A DNA stretch of 64,000 nt from an uncultured Pseudomonadota bacterium (GTDB lineage Bacteria; Pseudomonadota; Alphaproteobacteria; Rhizobiales; Xanthobacteraceae). The position numbers and the translations under genes were made by a program. The stretch is from the NCBI GenBank assembly GCA_963720835.1, contig CAVRHC010000007.1, forward strand, positions 109,177 to 173,176, read 5' to 3'. Under the pieces are notes generated by a model. That model searched no databases and was not told the DNA's origin. It was given only the letters and a program-made list of their open reading frames with translations. Below, piece after piece: positions 38,183 through 46,990 of the stretch (position 1 is the stretch's first letter; every line of letters begins with the position of its first letter).

Positions 38183-39412
38183 TCAGAATATGCCTTGCGG
38201 TTGCAGTCCTAATTTGTGCGTTCCGTAGAGCGCCGACAGGGTATCCCAATCGATGCTTGCATGGAGTGCTGCGGTGTTGGCGTCGCGCCAGAAACGCTGC
38301 ACGCGATTCTTCTCGTCCGCAGCCGCCGCGCCAACCTTGGTGAAGAGATCGTTGACGACTTCCGACGAGGTCCGCGCGGCAAAGCCATGATTACGCCGGA
38401 TCCGCACACGCTGTTCGATATCGAGTGTACCGCCGTTGCAGACAATGTCCTGGCCTTCCTTAAGGCTGGTCACCATCAGGGTTTGCGCGGCATCGATCCG
38501 CGCGGAGGCCTGACCGATCAGGCTTTGAATGAGCTGCGATTCGGCGACCTTTTCGAAAACGCCGGGACGGGCCATGCGCTTTGCATCGCGAGCGGTTTCC
38601 GTAAAGGCGTCGATCGCCCCTTGCGCCATTCCAACGATGGGCGAAACCAGTGCGGTCGGCCCGAACGTCGGGTAGCCCATACGCGCTTGGCGGTTGCCCG
38701 GAACGTCAAGGCCCGGGACCTTGCCGGAAAAGATAGCGCTCAATGGCAACACGCGATGTTTCGGAACGAAGACCGGATCGACGATGCCAACCGTCTTCGA
38801 ACCGGTGCCCTGAAGTCCGCAAACGTTCCAGCTGTTGTGATCGACAACAACGTCGCTCACCGGTACCAGGCACCAGGCAAGCGCTGGCGGGCCTTCTTTA
38901 TTTGGGTTGGGCAATAGCGCGGCAAGGATCAGCCACGCGGCACTATCGACACCGCTTGCCCACGGCCAGTTGCCGGAGATCTTGTAACCGCCGTCGACCG
39001 CCTCGACCTTGGGTGTCGGCAAATATGAGACGGCGAGAAGGTTGTCCGGATCGTCCCAGACCTCCTGCTGCGCTTCGAGCGGAAAGAAGGCGGTCATCCA
39101 GCCAAAGCAGACTGCGAGGGTCCCGCACCAGCCGGTGCTGCCGCAGGCGCGGCCGAGCTCGAAGCCGATCTGCGCCAGTTCCGCGGGACCGTATTCATAG
39201 CCGCCGAAGCGTTCGGGCTGCATCACACGAAACACGTCCGCATCGCGCAAAGCGTCCATGGTCTCGGCGGGGACGCGTTTGGCTTTTTCGGTAGCGAGGG
39301 CGCGAGCATCGATTTCGGGGCGCAGTTTGCGGATGCGATCAAGGATCATGCTGAATTCCGGCCGCTGCGCCGCGCTAGCGGCGCCAACCGGGCGCAAAGC
39401 TTCCTTCTGCAT
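38183..39412 (-). CDS. acyl-CoA dehydrogenase-fold flavin-dependent monooxygenase, oxygenase component (HsaA/C2-HpaH-like)
   Basis: 409 aa with ACAD-type N, middle and C domains (RVMQPERFGGYEY ... ISGNWPWASG ... RFWRDANTAALH). It is convergent with the flavin reductase gene. Confidence 0.75.
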   Translation of the reverse strand: MQKEALRPVGAASAAQRPEFSMILDRIRKLRPEIDARALATEKAKRVPAETMDALRDADVFRVMQPERFGGYEYGPAELAQIGFELGRACGSTGWCGTLAVCFGWMTAFFPLEAQQEVWDDPDNLLAVSYLPTPKVEAVDGGYKISGNWPWASGVDSAAWLILAALLPNPNKEGPPALAWCLVPVSDVVVDHNSWNVCGLQGTGSKTVGIVDPVFVPKHRVLPLSAIFSGKVPGLDVPGNRQARMGYPTFGPTALVSPIVGMAQGAIDAFTETARDAKRMARPGVFEKVAESQLIQSLIGQASARIDAAQTLMVTSLKEGQDIVCNGGTLDIEQRVRIRRNHGFAARTSSEVVNDLFTKVGAAAADEKNRVQRFWRDANTAALHASIDWDTLSALYGTHKLGLQPQGIF

Positions 39413-39638
39413 TTTTTGTTGTCCTCCCTAGGTGTAACAGTCGTTACGGTTCGTAGTCTGCACCTTTGCGCCGCGTTTGACAAATCCATAGTTACGCCCC
39501 CTGGCGACACAGGATGCGGCGAAGACGTTTTTATTCGCAGTTATGCAGGGTTAGCGAAGAACGCCCACGGGTGCGGCAGGGATGGCGCCGCCGCTCCGGG
39601 GGAAACCACGCGGGCCCGAAAGTGGCGTTGATGTGCGG

Positions 39639-40325
39639 CTAGCGCTTCGGTCTATCCGTGCGGCAGCCTTGCAGGAAAACTTTCACGGCAAGCCGCACCG
39701 TGCGGTCGATGTTTTTAGTGCGGTCTTTTTCGCTCGCAGCGGAGGTAAGCCAGCTTAGCAGATGGTCGCCAATCAGCATGTCGTGAAATAGGACGGCAAG
39801 ACGGCGCGGGTCCTCGTCATCACGGATGTTTCCGGCGCGCTGTTGGGTTGCGATCCAGTCGGTAATGATCTGATAAACGGTGCGCGGACCAGTATCATAG
39901 AACAATTTGCCGACGGTCGGAAATGTACGTCCAATTGAGGTCACCAGGCGATGGAAACGCAGAATTTGTGGTGACAAAACCTTCGACAGGAATGAATGCG
40001 CGATCCGTGTGAGTTGCTCGTCGACGGTGCCGATCGGCCGGGTGTCGATCTGGATGGTGACGTCCTTGCACATCTGTTCGACCACGGCTTCGAACAGCTT
40101 CTCCTTGCTACCGAAATTGGAATAGATCGTACCCTTCGAGCCGCCGACCGCGTCGATGATGTCGTTGATCGAGACGCCGTCGTAGCCCTTCTCGAGGAAC
40201 AGTTTGGCGGCGGAACGGACGATCTTGTCGCGCTTGGTATCGGTGCGCTTTTGGCGCACGGCGGGGCGCGAAACATCGGTTGCTTTGGCTGGCACCCGCG
40301 GGGCCGCACGTTCTGCAGATTCCAT
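39639..40325 (-). CDS. TetR family transcriptional regulator
   Basis: N-terminal HTH IVRSAAKLFLEKGYDGVSINDIIDAVGGSKGTIYSNFGSKEKLF. The start is taken at ATG 40325. Confidence 0.9.
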   Translation of the reverse strand: MESAERAAPRVPAKATDVSRPAVRQKRTDTKRDKIVRSAAKLFLEKGYDGVSINDIIDAVGGSKGTIYSNFGSKEKLFEAVVEQMCKDVTIQIDTRPIGTVDEQLTRIAHSFLSKVLSPQILRFHRLVTSIGRTFPTVGKLFYDTGPRTVYQIITDWIATQQRAGNIRDDEDPRRLAVLFHDMLIGDHLLSWLTSAASEKDRTKNIDRTVRLAVKVFLQGCRTDRPKR

Positions 40326-40395
40326 GGCGCCACCTATGACAATTATTGTTTGCTGACGCCAGCACAAAACCTTTTGACACAAGACGCCGGCTCCA

Positions 40396-40417
40396 GTACC
40401 GTAACATACGGTACGGT
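40396..40417. promoter_or_regulatory. candidate TetR operator in the divergent tetR/yciI-like promoter region
   Basis: GTACCGTA-aca-TACGGTAC (8-bp perfect arms) followed by an overlapping TACGGTACGGT. The same GTACCGTA and TACGGTACGGT words recur at 46974-46990. Confidence 0.5.
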
Positions 40418-40465
40418 TTAAAGATAAAACATCAACCTCATCAATGCCGTATCGGAGGAAAGCGC

Positions 40466-40834
40466 ATGCCGCCGGAATTCGATGCCCGCACGAAAGCGCT
40501 CATCTCACGCATGTGGGGCAAGAAGGTATGGGTCGTGCTGTCGAAGGGCAGCGGTCAGGATATCGTTCCGCATCTCGCCGAGCATCTTGACTACCTGCTA
40601 GCGCTCGAAGCTAAAGGCAAGATCTTCGCGTCCGGGCCCATGAACGTGCCAGGATCTGGCGATGGCATGACGGTGCTCAAGGTCGATACCGAAGAACAAG
40701 CGCGCGCAATCGCCGAAGCGGACCCGCTCGTCAAGAATGCGGGGCGGACCTTCACTCTTCATCCGTGGACGCTGAATGAAGGCCAGATGACGGTGACGGT
40801 CTCCTTCTCGCAAATGGGCTTAAAGCTTGGCTGA
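40466..40834 (+). CDS. YciI-like family protein
   Basis: 122 aa: HLAEHLDYLLALEAKGKIFASGP ... EEQARAIAEADPLVKNAGRTFTLHPW. The start is taken at ATG 40466. Confidence 0.65.
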   Translation: MPPEFDARTKALISRMWGKKVWVVLSKGSGQDIVPHLAEHLDYLLALEAKGKIFASGPMNVPGSGDGMTVLKVDTEEQARAIAEADPLVKNAGRTFTLHPWTLNEGQMTVTVSFSQMGLKLG

Positions 40835-40925
40835 AATCTGAAGGGCCGCGTGTGAGAGATCGGCCGCGACCCGATGAATTGATGAAACGTTGATACCGAC
40901 GACAAGCGAGAGAACGGAGGAAGCT

Positions 40926-41729
40926 ATGATCAAAGTCTCAAGGCGCATTCCGGTGAACGAGCCCGGCCAACCAACGCTCACGCGCGCAGATGTATGGCAG
41001 GGGCTGGTGATGAAGGCGGACAACGCGCTGCCTTTCGTGCCGGGGATGAGCCATTGCGAGGTTCTCAACCGCGAAAGCGACAAGGTCTTCGTGCGCGAGA
41101 TCGAGTTTCGTGGCGAACGCTGCCGTGAGCGGATCACGCTTACACCGCAGGAGCGGGTGAAGTTCGAACGTCTGGATGGCTCAGTGCTGGGCACGATCCT
41201 CAATGAGATCGAAGAAGACGCCGATGGGCTCGGCCTGCGCTTCAGCTTCGAACTGAGCCTGGAAGGGGCGCCGGATGGCAGCCCGGCGGAGAAAGAATAC
41301 GGCGCGATCGTCGAGAAGGATTATCTGAAGGCCGTCGATGCGACGCTCGCCGCCATCCGCAGGCTAAAGTCCGATCGCGACGCGTTGATCAAGCGCTATT
41401 ACGAGACTGTTGATTCCATGAATCTCGAAGCCTTCAAGGCCATGCACAGCAAGAACGCAAAGGTGAAATTCGCCAATTTTCCGGCAGCAGAGGGGCCCGA
41501 TCAAATTGCCGGTGCCATCGGTCAGTTCTGGTCCACGATCGGTGGTCTCAAGCACAATTTCGTCAATCGCTGGGATAATCCCGAAGAGTTGATCCTCGAG
41601 GTGGCGGTCGATTACACACGCAAAGATGGTAAATCGGTGACGATTCCTTGCGTCTCGATTCTCAAGCCCGAAGGCGATAAGGTTGGCGAACTGCGCGTCT
41701 TCATCGACGTGGCGCCGCTCTACGCCTGA
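40926..41729 (+). CDS. DUF1857 (SRPBCC/AtaL-like) - SnoaL/NTF2-like fusion protein
   Basis: The N-terminal half (VNEPGQPTLTRADVWQGLVMKADNALPFVPGMSHCEVL) matches my recollection of DUF1857. The C-terminal half (IKRYYETVDSMNLEAFKAMHSKNAKVKFANFP...ELRVFIDVAPLY) is SnoaL-like. GGAGGA lies upstream of ATG 40926. Confidence 0.55.
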   Translation: MIKVSRRIPVNEPGQPTLTRADVWQGLVMKADNALPFVPGMSHCEVLNRESDKVFVREIEFRGERCRERITLTPQERVKFERLDGSVLGTILNEIEEDADGLGLRFSFELSLEGAPDGSPAEKEYGAIVEKDYLKAVDATLAAIRRLKSDRDALIKRYYETVDSMNLEAFKAMHSKNAKVKFANFPAAEGPDQIAGAIGQFWSTIGGLKHNFVNRWDNPEELILEVAVDYTRKDGKSVTIPCVSILKPEGDKVGELRVFIDVAPLYA

Positions 41730-41755
41730 GCGGCGTCGCTGCTAACGAGGCCCTG

Positions 41756-42625
41756 ATGAGCGTCACCTACCGAGATCTCCGCTATTTGCGCGTCGAGGTG
41801 GATGACCTCGACGCGGCAACGCGGTTTGCCGCGGAGCTTTTCGGTCTGCAGCCTGCGGATCGGGACGACACCCATGCCATGTTCCGATCCGACGCGCGCA
41901 ACTACGCGATCTGCTTCTCGCGCGCGAACGAAGGCGAGGCGGTGGCCTTGACGGTGGCGACCCTTGCAGAACTCGACCAAGTAGCTGAGCGGCTAAAGTT
42001 GAATGGCTACAAGTCGCATCGCCTCGATGCGAACGCGGCGGCTGTGCGGCAGGCGAAAGAGGTACTCGCCGTGACGGCGCCGAATGGAGTGATAGTCGAA
42101 ATCGTCTGGCGGCCCATGACCTCCGGCTGGCGTTATCACGGACCGCGCGATGCCGGCATCGTTGACTTACAGTCGGTGTCGCTTGTCACAACCGACATCG
42201 CGGCCGATGAGGCGTTCTGGACCGAGGGGCTTGGCCTCAGGGTCACCGACTGGGCAGGCGATACCGCCTATCTCGCGCTCGATGACATGCATCATCGGGT
42301 GGCACTTTATCCGTCCAAACGCAACGGTATCCTCGGCGCGACCTGGGCGGTGGAGGGAAAAGACAACGTTATGACGAATTGGTATTTCCTGCAAAAAGCG
42401 CAGGCGCCGATCGTCGCGGGACCGGGACACCAGCCGGCTTCGAATGCCATGTTCCTGACCACGCGCGGTCCACGCGGTCTGCTGATGACCTACGCTGCTG
42501 AAACAAACTCGGGCCCGCACATCGCCGCACGCGGTCCGCGCCAGTTTTCCGATTCGGCGAGCTCGCACTGTGCATGGGGCTCGCCGACGGAGCAGCCCGA
42601 ATTTCTTGGAGGAGATCGCCCATGA
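41756..42625 (+). CDS. VOC-superfamily extradiol dioxygenase paralog, apparently lacking two metal ligands
   Basis: Two-domain glyoxalase/BphC-like protein that aligns along its length with the next gene. It reads LQSVSL where the partner has FSHVGL, and LLMTY where the partner has MTFEY. Confidence 0.7.
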   Translation: MSVTYRDLRYLRVEVDDLDAATRFAAELFGLQPADRDDTHAMFRSDARNYAICFSRANEGEAVALTVATLAELDQVAERLKLNGYKSHRLDANAAAVRQAKEVLAVTAPNGVIVEIVWRPMTSGWRYHGPRDAGIVDLQSVSLVTTDIAADEAFWTEGLGLRVTDWAGDTAYLALDDMHHRVALYPSKRNGILGATWAVEGKDNVMTNWYFLQKAQAPIVAGPGHQPASNAMFLTTRGPRGLLMTYAAETNSGPHIAARGPRQFSDSASSHCAWGSPTEQPEFLGGDRP

Positions 42626-43491
42626 TCGAACTCAATGATGTCGTGTATTGCCGCCTTGGGACCACCGACCTCACAGGCGCGGAGTGGTATGCGGTCAATA
42701 TTCTTGGGCTTGAAATCGCCGAGCAGCGCAAGGGAGCGACTTATTTCAAGTCCGACAACCGTGCGCATACGCTTTGCTATTTTGAAGGCGATCCTGAAGA
42801 CCAAGCGACCGGCTTCGAGCTCGGTCGCAATGAGGACCTGCAGGCGGCTGGCGCGACGTTGGAAAAACTTGGCCACGATGTCCACTACGGTACAGCTGAC
42901 GAATGCGAGGCTCGCCGCGTGCGCGAGTTCATTCGTTTCAAGGATCCGAGCGGCAATACGATTGAGTTTGTTGTGCGTCCTGAAACCACCGGCCAGCGTT
43001 ACCACGGCACGCGCGACGCTGGCATTACCGGATTTTCTCACGTCGGGCTCTGCACCACGGACGCCGCGCGCGACGAAGAGTTCTGGACCACCGTGTGCAA
43101 TGCGCGGGTCTCCGATCGTATTGGCGATGCACCGCTGATGCGGCTCGGCACCATCCACCATTCGATCGCGCTGTTTCCGTTCCATAAGGCCGGCATTCAG
43201 CATATCAATCACCAGGTCGGCGGAACCGACGACATCCAGCGTAGCTTCAATTTCGTACGCGAAAATCAGGTGAAGATTACTTTCGGTCCGGGCCGTCATC
43301 CGACCTCATCGGCGCAGTTTCTCTATTTTACCGGGCCGGAGGGCATGACGTTCGAATACTCGACCGGCGTGCGCCAAATCTATGACGAGCCAGCATGGCG
43401 CGATCGTCAGTTCCACTTCGCGCCGAAAGGATTTTGCCAGTGGGGTGCGGCGCCGCAGATCGCCGCCTTCACGGATAAAAAATCCGCGTGA
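42622..43491 (+). CDS. type I extradiol ring-cleavage dioxygenase (BphC/HsaC-like)
   Basis: FSHVGLCTTD, IHHSIALFP and GPGRHPTSSAQFLYFTGPEGMTFEY, i.e. the His/His/Glu triad context. ATGA overlap with the upstream paralog. Confidence 0.8.
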   Translation: MIELNDVVYCRLGTTDLTGAEWYAVNILGLEIAEQRKGATYFKSDNRAHTLCYFEGDPEDQATGFELGRNEDLQAAGATLEKLGHDVHYGTADECEARRVREFIRFKDPSGNTIEFVVRPETTGQRYHGTRDAGITGFSHVGLCTTDAARDEEFWTTVCNARVSDRIGDAPLMRLGTIHHSIALFPFHKAGIQHINHQVGGTDDIQRSFNFVRENQVKITFGPGRHPTSSAQFLYFTGPEGMTFEYSTGVRQIYDEPAWRDRQFHFAPKGFCQWGAAPQIAAFTDKKSA

Positions 43492-44162
43492 ACGACCTAT
43501 CCCGGACGGTCCGCGTCGCCGCCCGCGCACTCGGCCGGGCCGGCTTGGTGCATGCCTATGGTCATTGTTCGGCGCGTATCGACGCGAACCGCTTTCTTGT
43601 CTGTCCGCCCATGCCCATGGGCCTGACGCCGGTTGGGGCGCCGTGCACCGAGGTCCCGGTGAAGGGCCCTTTGCCCGAAGGCGTACTCGGCGAGGTGCGG
43701 TTGCATCAGCGCATCTATGCGAGCCGGCCAGAGGCAGGCGGCGTCGTGCGTTTCATGGGGCCGCAGATGATGGCGCTCGCCGCGCTAAGCCGCGTGCCGA
43801 AGATGCGGCACGGCTTTGGAACTTATTTTTTGCCGGGCGTCGGATTTTGGGGCGATATCCAATTGATCCGCGACGATGCCTTGGCCGATGGCGCGATTGC
43901 CGCGATGGGCGAAAGCGCAGGTCTGATCATGCGCGGCAATGGCGCGGTGACGGCGGGCAGGAGCCTTGAAGAGGCCGTGGTGCTGGCCTGGTATCTGGAA
44001 GATGCCTGCCGGGTGGAGCTTGCTGCGCTCGCAGCTGGACTGGACGATGCGCCGACGATCGCGCCCGACGCGGCGGCACAACGAGCCACCAAGGCTGGAC
44101 TCATCATCGAACGCATGTGGGATTACCTGACCGCCGGCGACCCCGAGTGCGGTGCAAAGTAG
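43488..44162 (+). CDS. class II aldolase/adducin-domain protein (atypical, His ligands not evident)
   Basis: 224 aa with family-like segments (GLVHAYGHCSARID, GLIMRGNGAVTAGRSLEEAVVLAWYLE). The usual HxH segment reads VVRFMGP. It overlaps the upstream stop. Confidence 0.65.
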   Translation: MNDLSRTVRVAARALGRAGLVHAYGHCSARIDANRFLVCPPMPMGLTPVGAPCTEVPVKGPLPEGVLGEVRLHQRIYASRPEAGGVVRFMGPQMMALAALSRVPKMRHGFGTYFLPGVGFWGDIQLIRDDALADGAIAAMGESAGLIMRGNGAVTAGRSLEEAVVLAWYLEDACRVELAALAAGLDDAPTIAPDAAAQRATKAGLIIERMWDYLTAGDPECGAK

Positions 44163-44184
44163 GGTTTATGGAGACTCTACGAGT

Positions 44185-44739
44185 TCAGGCTTGCCGCGTC
44201 TTCTCGATCCATGCGGCAAACGTGGCCAGGAAACCCTTGAGCAGGTCGCGCGTTCCGTCATTGAGCTTGCCAGCCTGATCGAACAACGTGGACACATGGC
44301 TGATATAGACTTCCGGCTGCTGTAACGTTGGCATGTTCACGAAGGTGAGCGACTGCCGCAGGTGGTGTGTGGCGCCGAAGCCGCCGATAGCGCCAAGCGA
44401 GGCGCTGGCTATAGCGGCGGGTTTGCCGCTCCAGACGCTCTTGCCATAGGGCCGCGAGCCGACGTCGAGCGCGTTCTTGAGAGCAGCGGGTACCGAGCGG
44501 TTGTATTCCGGCGTGACGAACAGTACGGCGTCGGCCTTTGCGACGCGGGCGCGGAAATCGACCCATTCCGCGGGCGGCGTCGCCTCCAGATCCTCATTGA
44601 AGAGCGCGAGGCGGCCGATCTCGAGGATATCGAATTTGAGGCCGGCCGGGGCAAGCGCGATCATCTCTTGCGCGATCTTCCGATTGAACGAATCCTTGCG
44701 CAAGCTGCCGATAAGGATTGCGACGTTTCTGGCGGTCAT
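44185..44739 (-). CDS. NAD(P)H-dependent FMN reductase family protein
   Basis: MTARNVAILIGSLRKDSFNRK ... FVTPEYNRSVPAALKNALD is typical of the FMN_red family. Confidence 0.85.
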   Translation of the reverse strand: MTARNVAILIGSLRKDSFNRKIAQEMIALAPAGLKFDILEIGRLALFNEDLEATPPAEWVDFRARVAKADAVLFVTPEYNRSVPAALKNALDVGSRPYGKSVWSGKPAAIASASLGAIGGFGATHHLRQSLTFVNMPTLQQPEVYISHVSTLFDQAGKLNDGTRDLLKGFLATFAAWIEKTRQA

Positions 44740-44778
44740 GTTTTTCCTCGTTGGGATACTCGTCCAGGAGTTGCGTGA

Positions 44779-45756
44779 TCAGAAGGCATCGAGGTCGTTG
44801 GCGACACTGATAGGACCGTGATAGCTCCTCGCAATTTCACCGTGATAGCGCGCAATGTCGGCGATCTTGTGCGAACCGGGGCCGATATGCGTGACCACCA
44901 GCCGTTTGACGCCGGCTGCGGCGGCGAGCTTGCCGACGTTTTCAGGCGAGAGATGATGGTCGTTGAGATGCTTGGCCACTTCGGCGATGCGTGATGGTGG
45001 TTGAGAGGCGAGCGCCACCTTGATGACGGCGACCTGGGCGTCAAGATCCAGCATTTCGCTGACCAGTAAGTCGGCGCCCTTGGCGAGCTTCTCCACTGCT
45101 TCGGAAGGACCGGTGTCGCCGGTAAAGACGATCGATCGATCCGGCATATCGAAGCGATACGAGAGGGATTTGTTACGACTTTCGGGGCTGCCGGGCTTGA
45201 AGGCAAAATGGCTGTTCTCGGCCGCGGTGACTTTTAATGTCCCAAGCTGGACCTGAGAGCCGCCCGTTATTTCCACGGCCTTGAAGGAGTCTTCGGGGCG
45301 CGGAATTTTAGGCCGTGAAAGCCCCGAGCCAATTTCAGCAATAGGGTGGAGGGCCTCTACAAGGCCTTCGACCAATCGCTTGGTACCGGGCGGCCCGTAA
45401 ATAGTGACGGGCTTGAGCATTTTAAGTTGTATGCGCAAGCCCATGATCGCAGCCAACCCGCCGGTATGATCGAAATGGAGGTGGCTTAGAAAGATCGTGC
45501 TGATCGCGTTAAGCGATACGCCGACTTTGGACAATTGCTCGGCCGTGCCGTCACCGGTGTCGACAAGGATCGCTTCCGAGCCACGCATCAAGAGATTGGC
45601 CGGCTGTGATCGCGTCGGATTGGCGAGCGGTCCGGCTTGAGTACCGAGTGTAACCCATAGACTGGTAGAAGCCGTTGGCTCCTGCGCGAGCGCGGCGAGC
45701 GGCAAGCCCGTGATTATTGCAGCAATCAAGATAGCCCGCACGGTAATTCTCTGCAT
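44779..45756 (-). CDS. secreted MBL-fold metallo-hydrolase
   Basis: Signal peptide (ILIAAIITGLPLAALAQE) and HLHFDHTGG metal motif. The start is taken at ATG 45756. Confidence 0.8.
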   Translation of the reverse strand: MQRITVRAILIAAIITGLPLAALAQEPTASTSLWVTLGTQAGPLANPTRSQPANLLMRGSEAILVDTGDGTAEQLSKVGVSLNAISTIFLSHLHFDHTGGLAAIMGLRIQLKMLKPVTIYGPPGTKRLVEGLVEALHPIAEIGSGLSRPKIPRPEDSFKAVEITGGSQVQLGTLKVTAAENSHFAFKPGSPESRNKSLSYRFDMPDRSIVFTGDTGPSEAVEKLAKGADLLVSEMLDLDAQVAVIKVALASQPPSRIAEVAKHLNDHHLSPENVGKLAAAAGVKRLVVTHIGPGSHKIADIARYHGEIARSYHGPISVANDLDAF

Positions 45757-45878
45757 GTAGACGCCATCCGAGTTCCGGCGACAGAAGTCGGCGATGTATG
45801 GACACGATGGGTCGCTGTAGAGGCCGCGCGCCAAAGGCTGCGCGCGACCAATCTTCGGTATTGCAGGACGAGTCTCAG

Positions 45879-46910
45879 CTATTTCTGGCGCTGCGACATT
45901 TGCTGTTTCGGAGGAATGACGGTGACCTTGTCTCCGACTTCGAAACTCATCAGGTCGACGCCCGCGACCAGCGGGCCCTTATAGGTCTTGCGCGTCTGCG
46001 CGATGAGATCATCTACCGTCGGCGCCGGCAGCGGCACCTTGAACGCCGGCGCGCCCATCAGCACGATGTGTGTATAGGCGGCGAGCTTCGGCTTGTCCTG
46101 CGCGAAGACCTCACCGCATTGTTCCGGCGAAGTGTGCAGGTTGAAGATATTCTTCAGCGGCGGGATCTTTTCCAAGAGCGCTGGATTGACCGCGAGAACC
46201 TCGTGGATCAATAGGTCAACGCCTTTTCCATACTTGATGACGTTTTCATTGTAGCGTGTGTCACCGGAAATCAGCACCGAATGCCCATTATAGTCGATGC
46301 GGTATCCGACGGCAGGTTTGGCAGGACCGTGGTCCACCGTGAAGGCGGTCACCTTAACACCGTTGCGGTCTAGCACGACGCCGTCTTTGTCGAAATCGTG
46401 ACCGACGAGGTCGATTTTCGGTTGGCGCGGTCGCGCGCCGACATCCGGTTGATACGCTTTTGCAATGTTGGCGACGAACTGTTCGGTGCCGTGCGGTCCG
46501 ATGACGTCCATTGCCTTTTTGCGATTGCCCCAGGCAAGTGTCAGCCGGCTGGTCAGCCAGAGATCGGGCAAGCCGACCGTGTGGTCGGAATGAAAGTGAG
46601 TGAGGAAGACGGATGTGATGTCCTTGCCCTCGACACCGGCCTGCGAGAGACGCTGCACCACGCCGCGGCCGGCATCGAACAGCAACACTTCATCGCCGGC
46701 CTTGACCAGCGTCATCGCGTTCATGCGGTCGCTCGGCGACACCGGCACCAGTCGGCCTGGCTCGGGAATCGGCGAGCCAGTGCCGAGCAGGGTGACCAGG
46801 ATGTCGCCTTTCTTTTGATCTTGCGCCGCAGCGGGCAGGCAATAGATCGCGCCGCCGAGGCATGACGCCAGCAGGGCACAAGCCAGACTTTTCCACGTAA
46901 TGGACGGCAT
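45879..46910 (-). CDS. secreted MBL-fold metallo-hydrolase (paralog)
   Basis: Signal peptide (LACALLASCLGGAIYCLPAAAQ) and HFHSDHTVG motif. The start is taken at ATG 46910; the long upstream extension of ORF 45879-47318 looks non-coding. Confidence 0.8.
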   Translation of the reverse strand: MPSITWKSLACALLASCLGGAIYCLPAAAQDQKKGDILVTLLGTGSPIPEPGRLVPVSPSDRMNAMTLVKAGDEVLLFDAGRGVVQRLSQAGVEGKDITSVFLTHFHSDHTVGLPDLWLTSRLTLAWGNRKKAMDVIGPHGTEQFVANIAKAYQPDVGARPRQPKIDLVGHDFDKDGVVLDRNGVKVTAFTVDHGPAKPAVGYRIDYNGHSVLISGDTRYNENVIKYGKGVDLLIHEVLAVNPALLEKIPPLKNIFNLHTSPEQCGEVFAQDKPKLAAYTHIVLMGAPAFKVPLPAPTVDDLIAQTRKTYKGPLVAGVDLMSFEVGDKVTVIPPKQQMSQRQK

Positions 46911-46973
46911 CGTTTTCCTCCCAGAAAGCTTTTTAAATTTTTTCGGGCTCGCCGCAGCGTCTCCGCCACAACA

Positions 46974-46990
46974 GTACCGTACGGTACGGT
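46974..46990. promoter_or_regulatory. candidate TetR operator upstream of the MBL-hydrolase operon
   Basis: GTACCGTACGGTAC is a perfect 14-bp palindrome, extended to TACGGTACGGT, 64-80 nt upstream of the 46910 start. It shares words with the site at 40396-40417. Confidence 0.5.
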
